Below the pieces are notes generated by a model, which was not told the DNA's origin, ran no database searches, and saw only the letters and a program-made list of their open reading frames with translations. Shown here piece after piece: positions 17,644-28,809 of a stretch of DNA of 64,000 nt (position 1 is its first letter; every line of letters begins with the position of its first letter). Origin of the DNA: Fervidobacterium sp. GTDB taxonomy: Bacteria; Thermotogota; Thermotogae; Thermotogales; Fervidobacteriaceae. The stretch covers positions 128,001 to 192,000 of the forward strand of contig JBMFNR010000003.1 of NCBI GenBank assembly GCA_049970055.1. The letters run 5' to 3'. The translations under genes were made by a program, and so were the position numbers.

Positions 17644-19956
17644 ATGAGAGTTACTTTTTATTATGTCCGGTTTTTCCTGATTGTTTTACTGGTATTGGTA
17701 ACACCTGTGCTGGCTGAGGATCTTAACATATATTACGGTAATTTACATTCACACACATCTTACTCGGATGGCAAGGGGACACCTGAGGAAGCATATGAAT
17801 ACGCAAAAAAGTACGGCGATGTTCTTGCGGTTACTGACCACTGCTATTTTTTAAAGATACCTGTAAATGGGCAACAGAAAACGGTTCTTACGCAGCAAGC
17901 GGCAAGAAAAGCAACTGTACCGGGTAAGTTCGTTGGTTTGCAAGGTTTCGAGTGGACAGCAGGTTCTGGTCATATAAACGTTTATGAAACTGTCGATTTT
18001 ATAAGTCGAGACGAAAAGGGTGGTTTAAAAGACTTTTACGAATGGATTGTAAAAATAAAAAAACTTGCTCAATTTAACCATCCTGGTATGACATTTGGTA
18101 ATTTTCAAGACTTTTTGTTCATGCCAGAAGCTGATAATTATGTGAATTTATTAGAGATTGGTAATGGGAATAGCACAAGCAACGATACGATATCCGAAGA
18201 AATGTACGATAATTTCATCTTGGCACTTAATAGGGGTTGGCATGTCAGTCCAACAGCAAATCAGGATAACCACAAACAAAATTGGATATCTGCAAATGAT
18301 TCTAGGACAGGTATCTTAGCAAAAGCTCTTACATATGACGACATAATGGAAGCTCTTTGGAAAAGAAGGACATTTGCGAGCGAAGACAAAAATGTGAAAC
18401 TCTACGTTTTTGGAAACAATGAAATAATGGGTAGCATACTATATGATGCAACACAACTGACACTAAGAATAAAATACGAAGATCCGAAAGACCCCGTTAA
18501 AAATGTTATTGTAGTTACGCAATCTGGTACAAAACAGATAAACAACGTTTCAGGAAAAGATACATTTGATGTGACAGAAACATTTGACGTTTCTGATGGC
18601 TACGAATGGTACTTTGTTTACATCCTTCAAAATGATGGAGATGAAATCGTTTCTGCGCCTATATGGGTTGAGTCTTCGCAACCTATAAAGGTAAATTATT
18701 TGAGAATCGGTCCAGAAAACCCAAGCATTGGGCAAAAGGTTAACGTTACTTTTGATATCTACAATTCATCAAACAAACACGCTGAAGGAGAATTGCTCAT
18801 TTATTTAAACGGTAAATTTTTAAGTTCTCAAATGGTCAAATTAAAACCTTATGAGATCATTTATAATTATTCACTAACACTTGAAAATCTGGCAGCTGGA
18901 AATTATAGAATGGATTTTTACATCAATGGAACGAATGTGCAGTCAACAAACTTTAATGTGTCTGAGAAAAAAGGCTTGACTGTACTTATCGACAAATTGC
19001 ACGAAAATGATTTGGAAAAGCTAAATGGGCTTTTAGATAGCCTTGAAAAATCCGAGAATACGGTACTTTACTCCGATACTCTACTTGCCAATTATGATGA
19101 CGTTGATGTAATCTTAATTCCAACACCAAATGTCAATGGTATGAGTTTCTTTAAAGATCTTTTACCAGACGAAATTGTATGGCTAAACACATTCAAAGGT
19201 AAGATATATTTAATAGAAGGCAGCGATAAGGAATACTTTGAGAATTACAAGTCGCTTTTGAAAAATGCTTTTGTTGTACAAGCTGACGAACTATACGGTT
19301 TATTGAAAATACCGAAGATTGTACAGAAAAAGCAATTGGAGAAAGTGGTCTATATAGATCAAGGTCACTCAAACGATTACAATAAAGATAAATTAACTTC
19401 ACTTGAAAGATACCTTAAAAGTATCGGTTACGATGTGTCATATGTTGACTCTATTGGACAGTTGAGTGGTACTTATTTAGTGTTAATGAATGGTAGAGGA
19501 TATAGTGAAAACGAGTTAAAAAATATCGCCGAGTTTGTCAAAAATGGTGGTACTTTGATCATTACCTCAAAGAGTGATTATCAAAATGGTGGGAATACTG
19601 AGGATTTAAACGCAATATTAGATTTCTTAAATTCACCAATTAGATTTAATGATGATCAAGTTGTAGACGAAGTTCATAATTATGGTTCAAATTTCAAAGT
19701 AATTGCTAATGGTGTGCGTTTTTACTCATCGTGTTCACTGCTTGTTTATGGTAATGCAGAAATACTTATCTACTCAGATACAGCAAAAAGTATAGATACA
19801 GATGGTAAAGATGATGCGCAAGCAACGGACAAAGTTGTTCTTGCTGCATCTTTTGATTACGGTTATGGAAAAGTGATTGCGCTTGGAAAAGCAATATTCT
19901 CAGATTACGATTTCAAGAGTAACGAAGAATTCGTAAAAAAGTATCTTTTTAAGTAA
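17644..19956 (+). CDS. Secreted PHP-fold (CehA/McbA-like) metallohydrolase with Ig/CARDB-like and GATase-like/DUF4350-like domains
   Basis: Signal peptide; YYGNLHSHTSYSDG, AVTDH, GFEWT..GHIN, QFNHPG and NQDNH motifs; start placed at ATG 17644 behind GGAGG. Confidence 0.8.
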   Translation: MRVTFYYVRFFLIVLLVLVTPVLAEDLNIYYGNLHSHTSYSDGKGTPEEAYEYAKKYGDVLAVTDHCYFLKIPVNGQQKTVLTQQAARKATVPGKFVGLQGFEWTAGSGHINVYETVDFISRDEKGGLKDFYEWIVKIKKLAQFNHPGMTFGNFQDFLFMPEADNYVNLLEIGNGNSTSNDTISEEMYDNFILALNRGWHVSPTANQDNHKQNWISANDSRTGILAKALTYDDIMEALWKRRTFASEDKNVKLYVFGNNEIMGSILYDATQLTLRIKYEDPKDPVKNVIVVTQSGTKQINNVSGKDTFDVTETFDVSDGYEWYFVYILQNDGDEIVSAPIWVESSQPIKVNYLRIGPENPSIGQKVNVTFDIYNSSNKHAEGELLIYLNGKFLSSQMVKLKPYEIIYNYSLTLENLAAGNYRMDFYINGTNVQSTNFNVSEKKGLTVLIDKLHENDLEKLNGLLDSLEKSENTVLYSDTLLANYDDVDVILIPTPNVNGMSFFKDLLPDEIVWLNTFKGKIYLIEGSDKEYFENYKSLLKNAFVVQADELYGLLKIPKIVQKKQLEKVVYIDQGHSNDYNKDKLTSLERYLKSIGYDVSYVDSIGQLSGTYLVLMNGRGYSENELKNIAEFVKNGGTLIITSKSDYQNGGNTEDLNAILDFLNSPIRFNDDQVVDEVHNYGSNFKVIANGVRFYSSCSLLVYGNAEILIYSDTAKSIDTDGKDDAQATDKVVLAASFDYGYGKVIALGKAIFSDYDFKSNEEFVKKYLFK

Positions 19957-20004
19957 TAGCGGTCATTGAATATATATATTTTTTATACATATGCATTGTC
20001 ATAT

Positions 20005-20033
20005 GCGGGGCAATTGTCCCCGCTTTATTTTTT
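20005..20033 (+). terminator. Intrinsic terminator
   Basis: GCGGGG-CAATTGT-CCCCGC-TTTATTTTTT. Confidence 0.8.
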
Positions 20034-20076
20034 CATTAAATATGGTATAATTAAATTGTAATTTGGAGGTGATTAT

Positions 20077-22542
20077 ATGTTTGATAGATTCTCAGAACGA
20101 TCCGCAAAGGTTTTCGTGACAGCACAGGAAGAAGCAAAAGATTTAGGTCATTCTTATGTTGGAACTGAGCATCTACTTCTGGCGATTTTAAAGCTAAATG
20201 ATAAGCCGCTTTCTACAATATTTGAAAGATATGGCTTAACGTATGCTCGCGTGAAAAATGAAGTCATTTCTATAGTAGGTCTTGGTATGCGAGGTTTTAT
20301 CATGTCGCCACAGATGACACCAAGGGCAAGAAAGGTTACAGAAATCGCATATGAGGAAGCGAGGATGACTGGGAGTGACAAAATAGATCCAGAGCATTTA
20401 CTTTTAGGTATTCTTCGTGAAGGCGAAGGAATAGCTATTCACATTCTTAAAAAACTGAATGTAAACATCCAGTCATTACGAAAAGAGATTGCTGAAAATA
20501 TCTCAGACGAGGATTACTATGAGGAAACACAATCGATGCCGTTAACTGAAGAACCAGTTTCGTCTCCGGCAGTTAGACAATTAGAAGGTTTTGGTGTAGA
20601 TTTGACAGCTCAAGCGATGCGTGGTGAGCTTGACCCTGTTATTGGTAGAGAAGTAGAAATAGAAAGGTTAATGCAAATACTTGTAAGAAGGAAAAAGAAT
20701 AACCCCGTTTTAATCGGTGAACCGGGTGTTGGGAAGAGTGCAATAGTTGAAGGGTTGGCTCAAAAGATTGTTTCAGGAGAAGTACCGGAACCTTTGAAAG
20801 GCAAGACTATCTTTTCATTGGATGTTGCAGCTATCGTGGCTGGTACAAAGTACCGCGGTGAATTTGAAAAAAGGATGAAGAAACTTCTTCAAGTTGTAAA
20901 GGGTAATAAAGATATCATACTCTTTATAGACGAACTTCATATGATTGTTGGAGCTGGTTCTGCCGAGGGTGCTGTTGATGCTGCAAATATTTTAAAACCG
21001 GCTCTTGCTCGTGGTGAGTTACATTGTATTGGGGCAACTACGCCAGATGAGTATAGAAAATATATAGAAAAAGATGCTGCACTTGAAAGAAGATTCCAGA
21101 AAATTTATGTTTCTGAACCAAGTCCGCAGATGGCACTGGATATACTAAAAGGACTCAAAGCAAAATACGAATCACACCATAAAGTGAAATATACAGACAA
21201 AGCACTTGAGGCGGCTGTATACTTATCACAAAGATACATTACAGACCACTTCTTGCCAGACAAGGCTATAGATGTAATCGACGAGGCAGGTGCGAGAACA
21301 CGCTTGAAGCTTTTTGTTATCCCAAGCGAATTGCAGCTTCTTAAGTTACAAGTAGAATCTGTGAAAAATGAAAAAGAAGAAGCTGTGAATATCCAAGACT
21401 ACGAAAAAGCAGCGGAATTAAAGGTCAAAGAACAGGAGCTTAGAGAAAAGTTTAATGAGGAGTACAATAAATGGCGTAAAGAAATAGAATCTGTTGTAGC
21501 AACAGTTGATGTTACGGATATTGAAGAAGTGGTTGCAGGTTGGACTGGTATACCGTTGAAAAAGCTTGAAGAAACAGAAAAGGAAAAACTTCTCAAACTG
21601 GAAGAAGCATTGCATGAAAGAGTTGTCGGACAAGATGAGGCGATTAGTGCAATCGCACGGGCTATAAGGAGGGCAAGGAGTGGACTAAAGGATCCACGGA
21701 GACCTGTTGGAGTATTCCTTTTCCTTGGCCCAACGGGTGTTGGAAAAACAGAACTTGCAAAAGCTCTAGCTGAGTACTTGTTTGGTGATGAGAAAGCACT
21801 TATTAGGTTTGATATGAGTGAGTATATGGAAAAATTCTCCGTATCAAGACTTATTGGTGCACCTCCAGGATACGTAGGATACGAAGAAGGTGGAACTCTT
21901 ACAGAAAAAGTTAGAAGAAGACCTTTTTCAGTTATACTATTTGACGAAATAGAGAAAGCACACCCAGATGTGTTCAACATATTGCTGCAGATCATGGACG
22001 ACGGAAGACTAACAGATTCTCAAGGACATGTTGTTGATTTCAGAAATACCATAATCATAATGACTAGTAACATAGGAGGTACAGATTTGGTAACATCCAA
22101 GAAGAGTCTTGGATTTGTCGATAACGAATCACATGAGCGTGAATTTTATGAGATGAAAAGTAAAGTGTTAGAAGAGGTAAAGAAAGTCTTTAAACCAGAG
22201 TTTATAAACCGTATCGACGAAATTATTGTTTTCCATAAACTCACCAAAGAGCATATAGAGCAAATAATCGAAATACTTCTTAAAGACATCAGGGCTAGGC
22301 TATTCGAGCGGAAGATCAAACTGACTCTTTCTCAAGAAGCCAAGGAGTTCTTGATAAACGTTGGCTATGATCCTGTGTATGGGGCTCGTCCACTGAAACG
22401 AGCAATTCAGAAATATATCGAAGATCCTCTTTCAGAAGAACTTCTTAGAGGAGAAATATCTGATGACAGCGAGGTTTACGTTGTTCCAGAGGATAATAAA
22501 TTGATTTTCGTTAAACAGAAAAGTGAAGTCCAGAAAGTTTAA
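20077..22542 (+). CDS. clpC: ATP-dependent Clp protease ATP-binding subunit ClpC
   Basis: Clp-N repeats ([16 protein letters not shown]); NBD1 [11 protein letters not shown]-like middle domain ([10 protein letters not shown]); NBD2 [15 protein letters not shown]. Confidence 0.95.
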   Translation: MFDRFSERSAKVFVTAQEEAKDLGHSYVGTEHLLLAILKLNDKPLSTIFERYGLTYARVKNEVISIVGLGMRGFIMSPQMTPRARKVTEIAYEEARMTGSDKIDPEHLLLGILREGEGIAIHILKKLNVNIQSLRKEIAENISDEDYYEETQSMPLTEEPVSSPAVRQLEGFGVDLTAQAMRGELDPVIGREVEIERLMQILVRRKKNNPVLIGEPGVGKSAIVEGLAQKIVSGEVPEPLKGKTIFSLDVAAIVAGTKYRGEFEKRMKKLLQVVKGNKDIILFIDELHMIVGAGSAEGAVDAANILKPALARGELHCIGATTPDEYRKYIEKDAALERRFQKIYVSEPSPQMALDILKGLKAKYESHHKVKYTDKALEAAVYLSQRYITDHFLPDKAIDVIDEAGARTRLKLFVIPSELQLLKLQVESVKNEKEEAVNIQDYEKAAELKVKEQELREKFNEEYNKWRKEIESVVATVDVTDIEEVVAGWTGIPLKKLEETEKEKLLKLEEALHERVVGQDEAISAIARAIRRARSGLKDPRRPVGVFLFLGPTGVGKTELAKALAEYLFGDEKALIRFDMSEYMEKFSVSRLIGAPPGYVGYEEGGTLTEKVRRRPFSVILFDEIEKAHPDVFNILLQIMDDGRLTDSQGHVVDFRNTIIIMTSNIGGTDLVTSKKSLGFVDNESHEREFYEMKSKVLEEVKKVFKPEFINRIDEIIVFHKLTKEHIEQIIEILLKDIRARLFERKIKLTLSQEAKEFLINVGYDPVYGARPLKRAIQKYIEDPLSEELLRGEISDDSEVYVVPEDNKLIFVKQKSEVQKV

Positions 22543-22553
22543 AGGAGCAATCT

Positions 22554-23939
22554 ATGGCTAAATCAAAAACGGTATATGTATGTGATAAATGTGGTTACGA
22601 GTCACCGAAATGGTTTGGAAAGTGTCCTGTTTGCGGAGAATGGAACAGTGCAAAGGAATTCGCGTTGAAGGAATCTAATGAAAAAACAATTAGGAGCAAT
22701 CAAGCGGGGATGGAATCACCTCATCCTCGTTTTTTTGATATTAATTCAGCAGTTGAAATATCAGACGAAGAGCGTATCAAAAGCTACATTCAATCAATTG
22801 ATGAACTTTTATCCGGTGGAATCGTCAAAGGTCAAGTAATATTGCTTGGTGGAGAGCCTGGTGTTGGGAAAAGCACAATAGCCATGCAAATTTGTGATTC
22901 AGTTGCAAGACATTCAAAGAAAAAAGTGTATTATATTTCTGGAGAAGAAAGTGTTAGTCAGGTTGGGCTTAGGGCTAAAAGGCTCGGTATAAAAAGTAAA
23001 AATTTACTGATCTCATCTGAAACGCAGATAGAAGATGTACTCAATACAATTGATCCAGATGACGCACAGTTAATAGTAATAGATTCAATCCAAACACTGA
23101 GCAGTGCGGATATAGATTCACCTATTGGTGGGGTTGTTCAGATTAAAGCTGTTGTTGAAAAGGTTCGTATATTCTCAAAAAAATATGGTATACCATCCAT
23201 CCTAATAGCGCACGTAACAAAGGAAGGTACAATCGCTGGTCCAAAATTAGTTGAGCATGTTGTTGATACTGTGATATATTTTGAGGGTGAGCGCACAACT
23301 GACTACAGAATCTTGCGTGTTCAAAAAAACCGTTATGGACCGAGTGGAGAACTATCTGTTTTTCAAATGACGAATGATGGACTGAAAAGCCTTTCGGAAG
23401 ATAATCTTCTCACTTATTCTCAAACGCCTGGAAATGTGTTTGCAAGCGTATATGAGGGGAGTCGTCCACTTAATGTTCAAATTCAAGCTCTCGTTTCGAG
23501 AGTTAAGATGGCAGCGGGAAGGCGGATATCTCACGGGATAGATGTGAGAAAGGTTATAATAATTTCAGCGGTCTTGTCAAAACATTTGAATTTACCACTC
23601 GATTTTCATGATATTTACATTAATGTCTCTGGAGGAATAAACATAACGGAGCCAGGTTGTGAACTTGCTGTTGCCGGAGCTGTGTTGTCGTCTTTTCTCG
23701 ATGCTTTTATAGGTAACGTATTCATGGTTGGAGAAATAGGACTTGATGGAAGTGTCAGGCCAGCGGTAAATATTGGAAAAAGAATCGAAAATGCTAAAAA
23801 ACTCGCTGTGGATAAAATAGTGATTCCTGATGTTAGTCTGGATCTAAATAATCTTAAGTCAAGTGATCTCAAGGTACAAAAAGTTAAGCACGTAAGGCAA
23901 TTGTTCGAATTAATATTAGAGCTAAAGAAAGGGGAGTAA
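22554..23939 (+). CDS. radA: DNA repair protein RadA/Sms
   Basis: Zn finger [31 protein letters not shown]; Lon-like C-terminus. Confidence 0.96.
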   Translation: MAKSKTVYVCDKCGYESPKWFGKCPVCGEWNSAKEFALKESNEKTIRSNQAGMESPHPRFFDINSAVEISDEERIKSYIQSIDELLSGGIVKGQVILLGGEPGVGKSTIAMQICDSVARHSKKKVYYISGEESVSQVGLRAKRLGIKSKNLLISSETQIEDVLNTIDPDDAQLIVIDSIQTLSSADIDSPIGGVVQIKAVVEKVRIFSKKYGIPSILIAHVTKEGTIAGPKLVEHVVDTVIYFEGERTTDYRILRVQKNRYGPSGELSVFQMTNDGLKSLSEDNLLTYSQTPGNVFASVYEGSRPLNVQIQALVSRVKMAAGRRISHGIDVRKVIIISAVLSKHLNLPLDFHDIYINVSGGINITEPGCELAVAGAVLSSFLDAFIGNVFMVGEIGLDGSVRPAVNIGKRIENAKKLAVDKIVIPDVSLDLNNLKSSDLKVQKVKHVRQLFELILELKKGE

Positions 23940-24809
23940 GTGATGAAGAAGATAAAGATTTTAGTTGATAGTACATCAGATTTTCCGAAGGATATGATAA
24001 ATGAGTGGGATGTGGACATCGTTCCACTGTATGTAAATTGGCCAGATGGCACAAGTGAAAAAGATGATACTCGCGACTTTGCGGAACTGAAAAAATTTTA
24101 TGAAAAGCTTAAAAGTGCTCCGGAACTCCCAAAAAGCTCACAACCATCTGTTGAAGACTGGAAAAACAAATATTTAGAAGCCCATTCCCAGGGTTATGAA
24201 GGTGTATTTGTAATAACTATCTCAACGGCAATGTCTGGAACATTCAATTCAGCAACCTTAGCGGCGAAAGAAGTAAGTATCCCTGTGAGAGTTGTTGATT
24301 CAAAGATGGCATCAACAGCTATCTCACCTATGGTTAGGTATGCAAGAGAACTTTTCAACCTTGGTGTTGATTTGGATACTGCGGCACAGGAACTTGAGAA
24401 AAAAATAGCCGCTAAGGGCTTCGGAGCGTTTTTCTACGTTCAAGACTTTAACTTTCTTGTTAAAGGTGGAAGGATCAGTAGATTTGCCGGATTTGTAGGT
24501 ACCTTGCTAAAAATTAGGGTTGGAATCTACATAAACGAAGAAGGCAACATGGTGCCATTCGCAAAAGCCAGAGGCTTCAAAGCAATTGTCGAAGAACTGC
24601 TCAAAAAAAGTGAAGAAGAAGGCTTTACGAAAGGCAGCGTTGTTGATCTTTACATGGTTAGCTGTGATAACTTTGAAGAGCTCAAGGAAATCGAAAAGAT
24701 TCTAAGGGATTATTACAGAGTGAATAACGTTTATTACACGCCTACCGGCAAGGTTATATCGACTCATGTTGGACCGGGGCAAGCAGGGTTTGGAATAGAA
24801 AAGTATTAA
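23940..24809 (+). CDS. DegV family fatty-acid-binding protein
   Basis: ILVDSTSD, KSSQPS, ISTAMSGT, LVKGGRI and THVGPG motifs. Confidence 0.93.
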   Translation: MMKKIKILVDSTSDFPKDMINEWDVDIVPLYVNWPDGTSEKDDTRDFAELKKFYEKLKSAPELPKSSQPSVEDWKNKYLEAHSQGYEGVFVITISTAMSGTFNSATLAAKEVSIPVRVVDSKMASTAISPMVRYARELFNLGVDLDTAAQELEKKIAAKGFGAFFYVQDFNFLVKGGRISRFAGFVGTLLKIRVGIYINEEGNMVPFAKARGFKAIVEELLKKSEEEGFTKGSVVDLYMVSCDNFEELKEIEKILRDYYRVNNVYYTPTGKVISTHVGPGQAGFGIEKY

Positions 24810-24832
24810 GTTCGTTGCAGGAGGGTTGAGAT

Positions 24833-25216
24833 ATGTCCGAAACGTATTTTAACACTCTTGATGAGTTTAAAAAATTTAGAGAAAGGATGAATCAAGAAGT
24901 ATTAAATAAAGGGACAATCAACACGAAACGTTTCTGGGCACTCGACAGTGCAGTTTATAAAGAGGGAGTGCTTGATACTAAAACAAAGGAACTTATGGGA
25001 CTTGTCGCTTCCATGGTACTTAGGTGTGATGATTGCATAACTTACCATATGATAAGATGTGCGCAACTTGATGTAACAGACGAGGAATTCTTTGAAGCGT
25101 TTGATATAGCTCTTGTCATTGGAGGTTCCATAGTTATACCCCATTTGAGAAGAGCGGTTAACACCTTACTGGAAATTCGGAGGATGCAAGCTAATGGCGA
25201 AAGTGTTTCTCTTTGA
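24833..25216 (+). CDS. Carboxymuconolactone decarboxylase/AhpD family protein
   Basis: LDTKTKELMGLVASMVLRCDDCITYH (CxxC..YH). Confidence 0.88.
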   Translation: MSETYFNTLDEFKKFRERMNQEVLNKGTINTKRFWALDSAVYKEGVLDTKTKELMGLVASMVLRCDDCITYHMIRCAQLDVTDEEFFEAFDIALVIGGSIVIPHLRRAVNTLLEIRRMQANGESVSL

Positions 25217-27890
25217 CGGTACGGGATTACTTTACAGAGCGTATTTTGCAATAGATCAAAATTTAACGACATCAACAGGCATTTCAACAAATGCCCTTTA
25301 CGGCCTTGCTAGGATGCTTCTGAAGTTTACCAAAGAACATGTGAAACCTGGCGAGGATTACTGTGCCTTTATGATAGATGTGAAAGGTGGAAGTACTCAC
25401 AGAAAAGAACTTTACGCACAATATAAGGCCCAACGTCCAGAAACACCTGAACCTTTGTTGAGGCAAATATCTTTAGTTGATGAGTTAGTTGAAGGATTTG
25501 GTATAAAAGTTGTAAAGATACCTGGATTTGAAGCAGACGATGTAATTGCGACAATCGCTAAGAAGTTTGAGATGTCAAGGGATACTTACAAAATAAGTGA
25601 AATAAACATTATAACCAGTGATAAAGACATGCTCCAGTTAGTTAACGATTTAATAACTGTTTGGAGAGTTGAAAAGGGAGTAACGGATTTGAAAAAATAC
25701 ACAAAAAGGGAGGTTTTAGAAAGATACAATGTTAAGCCAGAGCAGATTAAAGATTACCTCGCATTAGTTGGTGATGCATCCGACAATATACCAGGCGTAC
25801 CAGGAATTGGTGAAAAGACTGCCGCAAAGATATTGAAAGAGTTTGGAAGTGTTGAAAACGTATTGAAAAGCATCGATAAATTGCCTGATAAATTAAGATC
25901 CTTGTTCGAAAGTAGCGTAGATGAATATGTACTGAGTAGAAAGCTTGTTGAATTGAACACAAACGTTGAGATAAACTTCGATTTATCAGAACTTCTGTAC
26001 AAAGGCTACGATAATGAAAAATTGCTTAATGAACTCAAAAAATTCGAATTTTCAAGTATTATAAAAGAACTAAATTTATCTACAAGCATTCTGGACAATG
26101 TTGAGTATACCATCGTTGATAACGAACAGTTGCTAAACAGGTTGCTTGAAGTGTTAAAGAAATCAAAAAAAATATCGTTCGACCTCGAAACTACCTCACT
26201 TGATCCTTACGAAGGAAAGATCGTCGGTATTTCAATAGCCGTGGATGAAGGCATTGCATATTATATTCCTGTTTCTCATGTTGATGCAAAGAATATACCT
26301 TTTGATAGAGTTAAAAGATTTCTAAGTGAGCTATTTAATGCAGGTAAAAGTGTAGGAGGGCATAACATAAAATTCGATATAAAATTCCTTTTGAAAGCTA
26401 GTATCGATCCTCAAGTTCCTTCATTTGATACAATGATAGAGGCTTACCTACTCAACCCAAATGAAAAAAGATTTAACCTTGATGAATTGGCTTTGAAATT
26501 CCTAGGTCACAAAATGATATCATACGAGGAACTTGTGAAAAATACGCTTCCACTATTTGCCGGAGATTTTTCATACGTTCCCGTTTTTGCTGCTGCTAAG
26601 TATTCTTGCGAAGATGCTGATATGTCACTGAGAATTCACAATTTGCTCTATCCATTGATATACTCAAACGAAATGGATGAATTGTACGAAAAAATAGAGT
26701 TACCTATGATACCAGTGCTTGCAACATTAGAGCTCAACGGCGTGTATTTTGATACGGAATATTTAAACAATCTTTCTCAGGAAATGGATAAAAAACTTTC
26801 TTTACTCTCGCAGAAGATATTTGATATAGCAGGAGAAACATTCAACATAAACTCTCCAAAACAGTTGGGTTATGTACTTTTCGAGAAGTTAAAACTACCA
26901 ACACGTAAGTCGACGACAACAGGTGCTTATTCGACTGATGTTGAAGTTCTTGAGTATTTAGCTAGCGAGTACGAGATAGCTAAGCTGTTACTAGAATATA
27001 GAAAGATACAAAAACTGAAAAGCACATATGTTGATGCGATTCCAACGATGGTAAACAGATATACGAAAAGGGTACACGCTTCGTTCAACCAGACCGGCAC
27101 TGCGACAGGAAGGCTGAGTAGTTCAGACCCGAATTTGCAAAATTTACCTGGAAGAACCGATGAAGGCAAGGAAATTCGTATGGCTGTTAGGCCTCAAAGA
27201 GATGGATGGTACATACTGGGTGCTGACTATTCACAAATAGAGTTACGTGTGCTCGCTCATATCACAGAAGATCCAAACCTCATAAATGCGTTCAAAGAAG
27301 ATAAGGATATACACCTTGAAACTGCGAAAAAAATTTTCAATGTCAGCGAAGAATTCTTAACTGAAAGTATGAGAAGAATAGGCAAAATGGTTAATTTTGC
27401 TATTGTCTACGGTGTTTCACCCTACGGACTTGCAAAAAGAACAGGGCTGGATGTAAAGGAAACCCGAAAAATGATAGAAACGTATTTAGAATACTATAAG
27501 AACGTTCAAGAATATATGGCCTCAATTAAGGAATTTGCACGAAAGCATGGGTACGTAAAAACAATGTTCGGAAGAAAACGCGACATTCCACAGATAAATT
27601 CAAAAGACCAAAATATAAGGGCGGAGGGTGAACGTATAGCTATAAATACGCCCATCCAAGGAAGCGCTGCGGACATTATGAAAATAGCAATGATAAATAT
27701 CCACAAAAGATTAAAGATGGAAAAAATGAAGACAATGATGATTTTGCAGGTGCACGATGAACTTGTTTTTGAAGTGCCTGGGGATGAACTAGAGTACGTT
27801 AAGAACATGGTCAAAGAGGAAATGGAAAATGCCGTTAAGTTAATGGTTCCTTTGGTTGTAGATGTCTATGTTGATAAATATATGCTTTGA
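25194..27890 (+). CDS. polA: DNA polymerase I with 5'-3' exonuclease, intact 3'-5' exonuclease motifs and polymerase domain
   Basis: LFDG..LYRAYFA, EADDVIAT, LVGDASDNIPGV; ExoI FDLET, ExoII HNIKFD, ExoIII YSCED; ADYSQIELR, KMVNFAIVYG, QVHDEL. Confidence 0.98.
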   Translation: MAKVFLFDGTGLLYRAYFAIDQNLTTSTGISTNALYGLARMLLKFTKEHVKPGEDYCAFMIDVKGGSTHRKELYAQYKAQRPETPEPLLRQISLVDELVEGFGIKVVKIPGFEADDVIATIAKKFEMSRDTYKISEINIITSDKDMLQLVNDLITVWRVEKGVTDLKKYTKREVLERYNVKPEQIKDYLALVGDASDNIPGVPGIGEKTAAKILKEFGSVENVLKSIDKLPDKLRSLFESSVDEYVLSRKLVELNTNVEINFDLSELLYKGYDNEKLLNELKKFEFSSIIKELNLSTSILDNVEYTIVDNEQLLNRLLEVLKKSKKISFDLETTSLDPYEGKIVGISIAVDEGIAYYIPVSHVDAKNIPFDRVKRFLSELFNAGKSVGGHNIKFDIKFLLKASIDPQVPSFDTMIEAYLLNPNEKRFNLDELALKFLGHKMISYEELVKNTLPLFAGDFSYVPVFAAAKYSCEDADMSLRIHNLLYPLIYSNEMDELYEKIELPMIPVLATLELNGVYFDTEYLNNLSQEMDKKLSLLSQKIFDIAGETFNINSPKQLGYVLFEKLKLPTRKSTTTGAYSTDVEVLEYLASEYEIAKLLLEYRKIQKLKSTYVDAIPTMVNRYTKRVHASFNQTGTATGRLSSSDPNLQNLPGRTDEGKEIRMAVRPQRDGWYILGADYSQIELRVLAHITEDPNLINAFKEDKDIHLETAKKIFNVSEEFLTESMRRIGKMVNFAIVYGVSPYGLAKRTGLDVKETRKMIETYLEYYKNVQEYMASIKEFARKHGYVKTMFGRKRDIPQINSKDQNIRAEGERIAINTPIQGSAADIMKIAMINIHKRLKMEKMKTMMILQVHDELVFEVPGDELEYVKNMVKEEMENAVKLMVPLVVDVYVDKYML

Positions 27891-27895
27891 TAAAA

Positions 27896-28732
27896 TCAGT
27901 AAATTAAGAGTGCCCCGAAAAATAGTAAAATCGCTGCGATAACTCGGAAACCAATCTTTTCTTTTAGGAAAACTCTTGCAAAAAACATAGTAACGAAAAC
28001 AGAGAGCATAGATAATGGTTCGGCCACACTGACACCTAGATAATTGAATGCCTTAAGCAAAGCAATGTATGAATAAGCATTACATATTCCACCAAGTAAA
28101 AGATAAATAAACCGTGTTTTTACAAGATTAATATATTCTTTTGGTTTATTTCCAAAGACTAAGCCGTATATGAATATATAAATGCTAATCACAAGGTAAA
28201 TACCAACTGAATATCCAACTGGAGAAACGTTGTAAGTTATTCTTCTATCAACAATTCTGCCAAAAGCCATAAGAATGGAAGAAATAAGCATAGCTAAAGC
28301 ACCTTTGCTTTTAATAAGATTTCTGTAAGAAATAGCGATACTTTCTCCTTTCTTAAGGAAGCTAACACCATAAATCATCAACAAAGCACCTAACAACTTT
28401 TTCCATGTGAATGGTTCACCGAGAAAGATGGCAGAAAGTACCACTAGGAATATTGCGTTTAGATTGTAAAGAGGGGCCACGACTGTGGTGTCTTCATTTC
28501 CAAGTGCATAAGTGTAAAGTGAAAATGACAAGGAGTATATTGTTCCACTTGCAATTGATTTTAACAATATTTCCAACGTGAGTTTGTTAAAGAATGGAGT
28601 AAACGATATGAATGAAAAGAAGAAAAAGCCCCATGCTGCAACAAAAGTTGGTGCGTTTTTTGAAATTTTTCTGCCTGCGATACGTTCATATCCAAGTAAT
28701 ACCAGACGTAATGCCATCCATAGCAGTCCCAT
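27896..28732 (-). CDS. EamA/DMT family transporter
   Basis: Two EamA repeats (VVAPLYNL..LSAIFLGE; VAEPLSML..ARVFLKEK); start placed at ATG 28732 behind GGAGG. Confidence 0.88.
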   Translation of the reverse strand: MGLLWMALRLVLLGYERIAGRKISKNAPTFVAAWGFFFFSFISFTPFFNKLTLEILLKSIASGTIYSLSFSLYTYALGNEDTTVVAPLYNLNAIFLVVLSAIFLGEPFTWKKLLGALLMIYGVSFLKKGESIAISYRNLIKSKGALAMLISSILMAFGRIVDRRITYNVSPVGYSVGIYLVISIYIFIYGLVFGNKPKEYINLVKTRFIYLLLGGICNAYSYIALLKAFNYLGVSVAEPLSMLSVFVTMFFARVFLKEKIGFRVIAAILLFFGALLIY

Positions 28733-28809
28733 TTTTGCCTCCACATTGGATATTCTGTTAACAAATATACTGTTAATAATTATACCACAATGATTAACAA
28801 TATTGTGAG

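Noticed and set aside
19957..20076. CIRCE or CtsR operator upstream of clpC
   Set aside because: Neither TTAGCACTC-N9-GAGTGCTAA nor a CtsR heptad repeat is present; only a terminator and an extended -10
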